From: Ascidiella aspersa
Lineage: Eukaryota
NCBI GenBank assembly: GCA_963924565.1
Contig: OZ004615.1
Span: 8,928,001 to 8,992,000, forward strand
Reading direction: 5' to 3'
DNA: 64,000 bases
Shown here: one piece after another, positions 13,501 through 25,500 of the stretch
Layout: the number at the start of each line of letters is the position of its first letter
Position numbering within the stretch: position 1 is the first letter of the stretch
Notes under the pieces: model-generated
Told to the model about the DNA's origin: nothing
The model's input: only the letters and a program-made list of their open reading frames with translations
The model's database searches: none
Translations under genes and position numbers: made by a program

Positions 13501-16500
13501 ATATCAGGCTGTCCACTCACCCTCCCTATATACTTTCCCAATATAATTTGTTTTTTTATAGTTAATGTTTTATAGTTAAAATTCATTCAAAAAATCTGCT
13601 GAAAACCATTTGGTTATTCCAACATATTTTTAAATTGCCGAATAGGTCAAGAATTAATAATAATTAAGGTGTGGGTATTGCAAATTATTAAGAGCTATTA
13701 TTTTTTCTGAATAAAATTTTATTCAAGTTTACATGGAAAGTACACAAAACACAAAAATTCTACACAAAAATTTTCCTTGAGTCAGCTAAGACGCATTGAA
13801 TGCAAATATGCAACCTTCTGGACTTCACATCATAAACTCCTCACTTTGTATAGCAGCAATATGTTTAGGTAATATGGCAAATGTTGCAATATTTGTTGTT
13901 GAATTGCGTTTTATAAAGTATATATTTTTGCATTTAGCTTCACCTAAGACGCTTGTATTTGTATTTGTATTCTGTACTTGTAAGTAGCATAACATTCCTT
14001 CAAAACAATATCCTACGAATAAACTGGGTCTGGTAGTCAGTGACGTTATTTCTGGCTCACCCAGTTTATTACTAGTTTCACCTCGGTCCGTGGGATTGCC
14101 TATTTTGGCGAGGCCGCCGCGACGTTTGGGATTAAGTTCATCTGGGATCTGAATCTTGCGCTGTAGCGTGCGATCGGTTTGTAAAATGGCGTTGATCGCG
14201 TGTAAGCTTGTTATGGGAACGTGGTGCTAATCCACGTTCGGCCTGGCCACATTCTCTTGGGAACGCAGGAAGGCACATCCGCGTACCAAACGCAAGCCTT
14301 AGATTCTAATCGTTGGTCGCTTAGAACAAATCCGCAGGAGGAACCTTCGCATTGGAATTGTGATTGTTTGTGGGGTGTTATATATATATATATATATATA
14401 TATATAGCTTTTCCGGTAAGGCCTGGTCAAGTGTTTTTACACTTAAAGAGCTGTAATTTTGTTTCTTCCGAGAAATATGTGTGACTATATTTACAAGGTC
14501 ATTTATAAAGTGATTTTCTTTTATTTGTGTATTTTCAATCTTGTCTCTGTGTTGTTTTTCGATTTACTTATGGACGATTTACAATCCCTGTCGATTAGTT
14601 AACAGTGTGTCTGCGGCGCTTTCAAACTCAAAAATCGGACCGATTTTCTATTACTCGTCTTGTACACTGTACGGGTAAACCAAAGATCGGGGTTCGACGT
14701 TGCATATAGCTGCGCTATTTTCGTACTGAACACGTCTGATAGGGTGATGAACGCGCACATTACCAAACTCTTTTGTAGCGGCCGTCTTGCCTTTTTATGA
14801 TTTATGTATTTTCCATTTTTAAAGGCGACTGCAGACATAGTGTCTGCCGTGTGCTTTTGTACAAACAAGATATCTCGACAGACCGCGGGCTACAGCGGGA
14901 CCCGCTATGGGTCATTCCCCCCCCCCCCCCTCTTGCAGCTTTCCCGGAGCAACTACAAGGTTGCGGTGCCAGCAAAGGGAGGCGCGACTACAAAGCGCTG
15001 GTATGCTTTGAAGTGTGCATTGTGATGGATTTCACCCGCCCAGACTGCTACTGTTTAATGGCAAATATTTGCGTGGGCATCAACTGCTCTCGCCGGCCTT
15101 TTTATTCGTGTAAACAATCGTATATATGTCAGTGCATACAGCAGGCCCAGCGCGGACTCGGGGCATATATAAGCGTCCATTGTCTGGCATCGCCAGCGCC
15201 GCTTAAGTATTGTTAGTGGTGAAACGTCTTTGCTTATGACCAGTTTCTTGGTCTCTCACGTTTGGCAAGCCTTCCCGATCGCACGTTGTAAAAGTCTGTC
15301 TGACACTGCTTTGACGTGCTTGCGCTGTCGTAGACGTTGCGCGGTTATGTGAACGTTCAGGCGCACTTTCTTTTATGACATAACCTAAAGAGCACAGTCT
15401 GATTTACAGCCTGGGATCAAAGGCTAGGTCCCGCCTGTTTGATTTTCGAGCCAGGCCGCCGAAACTCAGTTACTTATTTACTCGCTTCTTTTCTGTATCG
15501 AATTGGTAATACCAATTATTCTTAAAATTCGAACAATGGTATAGTTAAGAAGATACGTTTTATTGAAGGGGTTACTTTATCTTGCTGTGATAAAGGCAAT
15601 TTGCTGTTTAAGGTGAATTCAGTCTTGTTCTTTGTATTAAAATATCAATCAGAAAGCTTAGCTAAGTTTTAATGGGTGCAGTTATAACTTCCTGTATACA
15701 TGTAAACTTCCCAAACCGTCAACATTGCTCTTACATGGAAATATTCCTAACCACCAAACTCGATAATACCTATTCCCTCAAACAAAACCCGGCTCGCCTG
15801 TCTACGGCCGATAGGTGTCAAGATGGCGGGGTGAGGCGGCTAACCGTAAGACATAAACGTCCAAACAAAGCAACACGGCCGGGCCATATCTTGCATCTTT
15901 GACGTGAAAGCGCCTCTTATCTATCGGGTCGCGCGACGGATCTTTCCCACCGCTACGAGTTTCCGTAAACACGCAGCCGGCACACCAACACAGCGACACA
16001 CACAACGCTCTGTTATGGACTTTTCGCGACAACGCCCCGCTTCCCGCGGCTTTAAACGCCGAAGCGGCTTCCAATATTTTGACAGGTGTCTTCGAATGTG
16101 TAAAAGACTGACCGTGCTGCTATGCGGCTAAACACCTTACCCACATATTAAACAAAGTGTCTGACTTCGATAACTGCGTAAACCTCTTTATTTCACCAAT
16201 TCCAAGTAAGTAGCCCAGGCTGTCAATTTGTCCAATCTACTTCTATTTTATTCAATGTAACATGAGGTTTGTGGGTCATTGGCTGAAACGCAAGGCTACC
16301 GATTGTATTGTTCTTCCCTGGGTCACCGAATAAGAGATTTACAACGATTGTCGCATATACAGTGCTCAATAGGGATTTGGCGAAATCGGATATTTGTACT
16401 GGGCGCCACAGATTGACCTGTAATTTGTCGGATAAGGTGTATAGTTTCCGTGTAAGAAGGCCCCGTAAAATGCGTCACAGGGTCGTGCGATTGCCCAGCG

Positions 16501-19500
16501 CCAGGAAAGACCTGGGACCTGGTGTGCCCCGCTTGGCCCTGGCCCATTGACTCCGCTGAACCGCCTTGTTTGTAAGAAGTCAAGTTTGAGGTGTGCGTCT
16601 TGCTTGGGCACCTGTTTCTGTTGTGAACATTGCGTGACTGTTCAAGAGCTCTAGGAGAAAAGCGTCGCCGTTTTACACACACACGTGTCGTATGCGCGCA
16701 CACAAACGTACACATTCGCAAGGCAGGAGGGCGAACGTGGGGGCCAGTCAGAGGCGGAAATCACCTTTTCCCACAAATCCGCCCGTTGCCCTATACCTGT
16801 CGCTAGTCGATGTTTGGCGCGCTGCTGTTCTTTGCTTTCCGATGTAGCCCTAAATATACGGGCTTCAAACGTCGTTGCCTCGTTGCTACGTCAATTAAAT
16901 CAGGCACTAACACAACAAAAAATAACAACACAAACGAGTGTTGTCAAAATATTTTCTTTATGCGATTGTGTGTTAAAAAGTAAAACAACTTGCATCTCTA
17001 TATTGTGGTATAGGTTTTGTTATTTTTCGAAGGGATATGCTTTGCTTTGTCAGCCGTTGATTGTGTCCAAAACGTTGTCTGCTCGGCCTTGCAAATGCGC
17101 ATAAATTTGTCAAGAATTAGCTACATAATTTATCCCGTCGGGCAACATATACTGTTGCACGTTTAGCCGCGGCGCAACAACATAAGGCAGGGTGGCCGAC
17201 ATGACAAATCTATAATTAATGCCCTCCTCAAAACCGGATCGGGCGCAATTAATATTGCAGGGCGAAAAATTTGATAGTTTTACCGCACACTTGCGACTCT
17301 GCTGCAAAAACATTAAGCGGGTGGCTGTTCCTTTCTTGCGGATTGCCTTAAATTATTGAGATTCGTGTAAACAGCGCGTAATGACCGCGCGATCCCGCGC
17401 CTAAAGACCCACCCTATACAACAATAAATAAACCAAGCCCAGGCCAATGAAACTTTAATACGCCTCCCTTGGTGATATGATTGTCACATTTTTTGCTTTT
17501 GGTGAGAAATTTCCCAACATAAGCCCCAAACAAATGCAATGTTCACTAAAGTTGCTAAGGTGATTTCCAAAGAGAGCCGACTATCCCATTTTTGTCATTT
17601 TCTGTAAATATTCATCGAAGACGAAATCTAATCTGATATTGACATATTTTGCACAAAATCGATCATTTGGATACTGAAGAAAAATGATTTCAGCTGATAG
17701 CTTAAACGCATATGAAATTTAACCAGCCTACCGTTACTATAAATAATATATGGCGCTGCTGTATATAGTGTCACAAAGGTGTGACAAGAACAAAAATACG
17801 CATCTTAATTTATCTGATGCTCACACGGTTGTGGGTTGTTTTTTGTGGGAAGAGTCTTAAAATGGCGATAGAAGCGGTGTCGTGCTTCATACAACCACCT
17901 CTGGACCAAGTCCAGGAATAGGTGCAGCGCAGTTCACTTGGCGTATGGATTTCCTTTGTAACTCAAAGTTCGCCAACGAGTGAATCGTGTGCAATGAAAT
18001 ATTCATGTCTGAACCGCCGACAGATTGGTAAATGTAAATCAGTTGATTACATTCGGGATATATTACCATTTGCAACATGAGACAATTTACCGTATATTCT
18101 CAAACTAAATTGTAAAATTTGCTTTATCTACATAACTATAACAGTGCCAAGTCAAAGTAGGTGCTTGACGAAATGCCAAAGCATCCAACTCGGTGTCCTT
18201 GTTAATTTGGTGGAAAACGATCTATTTTCTTGCAATCCATTTCAGTTAGAATCTCCTTAATCTCCTGATTTACTAAATGTGTTATAAAGGGGTCATCTTA
18301 TTATCGTGAACCTTCGTCACTTCACGCAATTGTGTTGATGTAACTTGGCCCAGATTCGCACGACAAGATTTTTAGCTGATTTACACTGAAGGCCAAACAT
18401 TGTAGATGAAGATAACAAACCCAAAACACGAGAGAACATGATTTGTGGAAAAGCCGCAACGGCTTTGTATACTAAATATTCGTTTCGCTCTAAGGCAAGT
18501 GTTTGGCAACTGCAGTGCAAGACCCAACGGATTTAAATTGCGTCAAACTTATTTTTTTTAAATATATTTGGTAAATCGCGACTGCGAAAACAGGTGGAGG
18601 TGAAGTTGGCAAAAATAAAATCTTTAGTTGTCTATCTGCGATCCGCTGCCTTTGTCCAAGCTTCTAAGCTGTTTTTAACGTTAACATCGCAATGGCCTCA
18701 AAACCGTTGAACATTTCCTTCGAACGACGGGATGACAAGTTATGGCATCTAAGGCTCTTGAGCGAGTTCCTGAAGACGCTGGGCGGCCATCGGGAGTCCC
18801 GAGCGTCGCGCGGCCGCTTAAGTGCTCGGGCGTTCAGGGCGCACACTTGAGCGGCTGAAAAAGCTTGGGCTCGGTCCCAGACAAACATGCATGAGACGCG
18901 GCACCTGCTGTCCCGCCTCACTTGTCGGAGCACTCGAGCGCGCTTTCCTTTCCGCGATTGTCTGCCAGCCGCGCATCCCCAGTGCGGCTCCCTGTTTTCG
19001 ATACCCCGACAATGTCAACACGATGGGACGAGAACCGCTGAGAATTGGGATGCTGCTATACCTACTCCAGCTCCTAAGATAAAATGCTTCATTTTTCCCG
19101 CGGAGCCAATTGTTTTTAACTGCGAAATCTTTTGTGGTATACGTTTGACAGCTTTTGGGGGTCGAATCGCTTGGGACCGGACGCGATGTACACCCGAACT
19201 CAAGGCTTTGCGACCCAACCCGAACCTTGTTTGTGTGTAAGCCACCGAAATAGCTAAGACGTTGATCTGCTGACCCAAATGGTGCCGCATCATCAACGTT
19301 TGTGGGAACCGGTGTGCTTCGGTTGTTTATCAGGTGCCGGCTGAAAATTTTCCCGCGTCGGCGGCTAAAGTATGTTCGACATGAAGGCAGTCTCCGTATT
19401 TTCCAGGTGTCGAGTGGTCGATCACATTTCTTATATTGTTTGTTGTCTTACCGCGAAAGATATGATATTCAAAATGGCGTGAGAACCCACGTCTTATTTT

Positions 19501-22500
19501 ACTCTGTGCCGTTTTTTTGAAATACGTTCGCACTATGCTACATTTTGTCGTTGCTTTTACTTATGATCGGAATTTTGTTTGTTTTACAAATGTGTGTTTT
19601 ATAATTTTAAACTATTTATTCTTTTTAATTTTACACATAGCAATGATAGCACGTTAATGCTTTGATGTTGAAAATGTTTTGGACAGTTTTGAAGAAATTT
19701 AATAAAAGGATATATTTTAATAAAAATCAAAACATTTTTAAAGCTAATAATTCAAACCTCAACTGCACGATTATATGTATTGATAGAGTTTAATACCAAA
19801 ATTTTAGCATGTTTTGATAGTAAATTAAGCTTAGCGTAAGATTCAGTATGTGGTTGTATATAACTTTGTACCTTATTGACACGTTAAATCGACCTAAATT
19901 CGCAGATTCGCTGGTACCAAATTTTTCAATTAATTTTTAGCTTAAGGTAAATTAAAAACAAAATAGTTGAAAAATGGTGGCAGGCCGTGAGAGTAAAAAC
20001 CCAATAGGGTGTACGCGGACAGAAAGAGTTAAGCACCTGCACTGTGTTCACCGTAATTAAGTTTCTGTATTCGCATTCTGAATGAAAAAAAAAACGATTG
20101 TACAAATATGACAGCAGAACATGTGTTAAGCAAGTTATCGGCTTATAGGCGATAGTCGTTTCTACGACTCTTCTCAAATTTCGCTTCGTGGACATATAGA
20201 GATATAGGCCAAGTTAATTAACCATGCGCGAAAATGGAAAACATTCAACGATATGCTCGTAATATTTCACGCGGGCAAGTAACGACTGTAAGGTTTCCAG
20301 ACGGCCGTTTCCTCTGCAAGCGGCGCCTAGTCGACCAAATATTTTGTAAGGCGTAGCCGCTCGTAACCAGCAGTCAGTCGATGGTGGGCATCTATAAAAC
20401 ACGACGACAAGCAAACGCGCGCACACAGGAGGGTCGACATCCCCGGGTATCCGGCCCGGCCGCTGTTTGACGCTCGTGCCGTCGCCTAGCAACGCGTCAA
20501 CCCAGCGAGCCTAAACCTCTTGAGGAGCAGCTGTTGAGGGCAAGTGGCCAGACGAATGCAACAGGTTTCGCCAACCAACGCCGGGAGCTCGCGGGCCTTC
20601 CAAGTTTACTTACAGGCCATCGTCCGCCCCCGCCTTTACCGTTCCGCGCTTGTCGGGGCTTTTCGCGTGTCCGCCGCCACAACAGACGTGCCGTTGGGTA
20701 CCGGGCAATACTCGCCACGACACTTTGGGCAATGCGGGAGAGGATTACACAACGTGTTGCAAAAATGGTTACTGGATGACGTGCGGATGTATGGTAACGA
20801 GTTTCTGGGATTTCATATACGGGCGACTGTTTTCCTAGCTCTGTTTAAGCCCCGAATCGCGTGCTATTGATTTCAGAAATTGTATTGCACTTTTCTTCTT
20901 AATGGGTTTGTTGGTGTCATAAACGGGCTTCTTTTTCACTACAGTTGAAATAAAATTACTTTCCTAGTTCCTACAAAGTTTACATAAGTTGCAGACGTAT
21001 TGTAACCAAAAATAACCTAATTTCTAGCTGCTACTTAAATGCATTTTTCACAAAAATTAACGCTCTTCTATTTCTGAGATTATATTGTTCGTAGGAATCA
21101 CGAACGAACAAATACCCATCATGGGGGAAAGCCAAATTCCCACAAATGACCTGGCAAACGTCTGCTAAGTGGCTCAAAATGTGGGCGGATGGCTAATGGG
21201 CCTTCGTTCCCGCTGTGTGAAGGGCCAATGCGAGATGACGTGATATACGTTGTTGCGCGATCCCCCCCACCCCTTAGATCCAATAATACATACATTTAGG
21301 CCTGTCGCTATCCAGGATCTAGGCCTTGGGTCACGTTCTTGCCTATATTTGGGGTCAGTCGCCAGAATGACACGGCTCCGCGGTGGCACACAGCTGTGTT
21401 TGTTAAAATGCCTCGGCCATACAGCAACGTAAATCCCGTTTGGCAACACTGTTTGTCCCGCACTCCAGACCGGGAGCAACTTTAAAGCGGCCCGCCGAAA
21501 TAAATGCGCACCAGATGTTTTCCCCTTTAAATGTCGTACGTGCCTTACAGCTGATCCAGCGTCGCTAAGGAATCGGCTAAAAGCTGGGATTCCATTTAAT
21601 CGCCCGTTTCCTTAGGGTTTCTGCACGGACTGAGCGGACTTGTGGTTCCGTCGTTGTTTCGTGTGGAAGGCCACAAAGAAAAGCTGGATTAAATTTGCTA
21701 TAAAAATTGTATTCGTTTCAATATTTTATTCCCCCTATGGTAAATTACTAAACAACAAAACACGCTTTGCTTATACCGCCATTATTTTTTGTTATAAACG
21801 ATTCGTCTAAAGAAGGGAACCAAAATTTTTTTCATGAACCAAACTTTTGTTATGAAGCCAGGATAACTAAAAGTTCTGACGATTGCGGGCCATATAAAAA
21901 AATTCGAACTTTATTAACTCGACAATCGCGGAACGAAGGAAATGCAAATAACTATGCAATGAAAAATATAGTATAAGCTTTAATAAGTTGTCGTACGATT
22001 TAAAATTTTATTAAAAATTACGTTTAAATTTTGAAAAAATTATGCTGTCGTTGTAGCAGAATAATTGGACCCTGTTTTAAATTATCTGCCCTCGATGTGC
22101 CCCAAACATTACGTAACGACCGTAAGTAAATGCCCTGCCTATTAAAACTTTGGTTCTCGAAAGGATAGGGATTCTCGAAAGAACCGGATCTGGCCCGAGG
22201 GTCGTAGTTTGGTGACCTCTGGTATGAAACACGAGGTTTCAGGAAAGCGACCAACGGACGGTTGAAGTCAGATCACGATTCTAAGCGCAATATCTTTGTT
22301 GGGTCGTCGACTGCAGTATTTTGACACAGCGCATAGCGTAGCACAGTACAGCACCCTCCACTGTTTGCCCAATCGGGATTTGGATACAAAAGGCAAAGCT
22401 TTAACATCAACAAACTCGCGTGCTTGTCTGACAGGGGGATAGGGCTTCTTTCCGCCGATTTTCACGCGCATTCGACTGTGGAAGGCGACAAAAGATTGTT

Positions 22501-25500
22501 CCACAGAAATGCGACGAGCGGGTATATACGAGCCGCGCCAAAATGAAATATTACGTTGCGGAATGCCTGGCAGGGTCCACAAGACAGTTGAAATCACCAC
22601 TTCGTGCCTGCGCGATTCCAGAATGCCCGATTTCGAGCATCGTACATTTCCAGGTCGTTTGTCTAGCCGTGTCAAGTTTTCAGCGCTTGCTTTCTCGCAA
22701 GGCGCCCGTGTCCTCCTGCCAGTCGTTGCGCGCAAAAAGTTGGCGGCCATTTTGTTTCCTCCTCTTCGCCTTACAGCAGCGGACAGAAGCGAGGGCGTGA
22801 ATGTGTAGGACTGCTGGACATCGCGCCCATAGTTTACAGGACGGTCGCCGGCCTGGAACAAAAGTTTTGGAGTTTATCCGTGAAACGTGCCGGTGTTTGG
22901 ATGCAAAAGCGTTCTGCAGCTTTCCCGAAGATCCCGGGGCCGTTTAAAAGATTAGAGAACAAACGCTGACGGCGCGTGTCGGGATTTGACTCATATCCGC
23001 ACAGCCGACCAAGCGAAAAGCAAAGGCTAAGACTAACGAGAGGATTTGAAAGTTTCTTTATTTTTTAGAGACAAAAATGACAAGCGTGTATCAACAAAAA
23101 AGCTCTCCAAAAATATTCACCTAAACAAAACTGGTTTCTCTCCATCGAAAGTTTTTTTTTATGAATTTATCTTTCTTGTTGCATTAAATATGTGCTTTTA
23201 GAAATCACCTTGACCCTTGCAAGGTAAATGTAGACCTTAATAACTGATCAGTATAAGCAGAAAACTGTAGCCATGCTGGCAATTCAGGTCAGACACAATT
23301 AAAAGAACTTAAAACATGCAAATAGAATGCAACGACATCAGAATGTAATAAATTCTATTTGAATAAGGTATACTGACGATGGCTTTGTTGGCAAAATATT
23401 TATACATCTTTTAAGTTATTTTAATTGCGCCTGACCTGGTTTGCTTAAGCTTAGCTAGAATTTTCGGCTATTTACCTTTCTTGTTCTTTATTACCTCAAA
23501 TCATGACGTATTTTCAGTCGATTTTGGCTGTTGTAGTGTTGCACACAACCAGACTTCTTAAATACAGCTGCTATATTTTTATTCAGATTACAAAAGTGCA
23601 AAAGATGCAGCAAAAGCATCTCGTGCAATGAGATGGTGCGGAGGGTGGCTGGACATTCTTTTCACGTGCTTTGCTTTGCTTGTCACTTTTGTGGCCGTCA
23701 GCTCGAGGTGAGGATTGCAACCACTTTTCGTATTATAGCGGAATACATTTTACATTTTATATACGAGAATGTATAAAAAACAACTTAAAATTTGTATATA
23801 ACGAAATACGATAATTGACCACTATAAAGGAACCTTTACTCATATTATTTTATTAACCTTTTCCGTGATAATGGCAAACTGAAATGTGAAATATGAAGAC
23901 ATTTCCTCGCCCTTACATGTAAATGAGGACAATAAATTCAAACGGTAGCAATTACTTTAGACTTTGTTGTCTGAGTCAATATTAGTCATTTAAAAGTTCT
24001 AGTCATCAATAGAAGAAATATATTTCGCCAATTCGGCGTCATCAGTCTCTTAATTCGAATTCATTTTTTGACTCAGACAAGAAAGTCTAAAGTATATTGT
24101 TTCTGTTATAATATGTGTAATATTATGCAATAACAAACATTAAGAATTTCTATAGTTAAGTATACATGAATGTCGTATTTAGTCCGGAGACCTGTACATT
24201 ACTGACGAAATAAGCGAACGCATTTGCTGCAAAACGTGTAACGATCGCATCGATATGGTACAAGCTGATGAGTCAAACTCAGATTCTGGTAAGCCAGTAT
24301 TTGTTGCTATACTTATATAGGTCGTCGCTAGTTGGTTGCTTGTTATTTGACTTAAAATTGATAAAAAAAAATTGTATATATTATATGTTATGTATGACAT
24401 TTTTGTTATTCTACGTCTCTAATGTCTCTAACAGCAATGTATGTTTCTTATTTTACATATTGCCCCTTTAAAACAAAAGTGGTAATGATTTCGAGGTATC
24501 CAAAATATGCCTGTAATTGTTTTGACCCTTCCTGGCCTTCCGTTAAGTTTATTTTCGCCATGTATAAAATTTCCGTCTATCTAAGTTTTGCCGAGTAAAT
24601 TGGACAACAGAAGGCCTGTTTCTGGTTTTACATCAAATATTTATTTCCAGAAAAAAGTGACGACGAAGTGTTTTGTCCAACAGGAGGACATTTGTCACAT
24701 GTTGGCGGTCCCCACTATTACCCACATCCATCTGGTAAAATATCGTTATTTTTGTTACCTTTTTTTTTTTTTTTACCTTTTTTATTAATTTGAGTTGGAC
24801 CTACTGGAATCAATACTTGCAGTTATATTTCAACTAAAGGTGTAACATCACGAAAACCTTTACTCCTAGGTTATTTTTAAAACAAATTATTACCTGAAAA
24901 TGCTTTGCGCAAAAACATGTAGATTAAGAACATTCCTATTTATTCGTCGAAGACTGCGAACAAAATAAATTGATTAATAAGTGTTAACAACATTTTCCGA
25001 CGTCTTGTGTCCTAAATAAATTTGCGAATATATTTTCTTCGCTATAATTGCCAGCCGCCAAGCTTGAAATTTGTTCGTACTTGCGCATTCTTCTCTTGAA
25101 AGTTAAATCAATATAAAGCCACTTCATGACGTCATGTTTTCATCGTTGCCTCGTGACTGACTGCTATTGAAAAGGTTGAATTCTAACTAATGCTTATAGA
25201 TAACATGGTGTTAGGCTAAAGTCTTCGCTGGTCTGATTCAACTTTTACCTAAATGGTTTGATATTCCTGAGCAAGTTTACCGAACTACTATTACATGTGT
25301 TTAAAGTTTTTTTTTACCTATAGTTTTATTTTTATTTTTGTGTTATTTTTAAAGAACAAGCTGGTCGCATGGATCTCATGCGCTCCAAGAACAAATCGAC
25401 GTCGTCGAGTATTGGGATGCTGTCAGCCAGTGATAAACAGCGGCAAAAGCGCCCGAGGACCATTCTGACCACGGCCCAAAGGCGAAAGTTCAAGGCGTCT

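Noticed and set aside
22268-22861. 197 aa minus-strand ORF and other 60-140 aa ORFs inside the Lmx1 intron
   Set aside because: No recognisable domain, no consistent splice chain, and overlapping ORFs on both strands as expected by chance in GC-rich non-coding blocks
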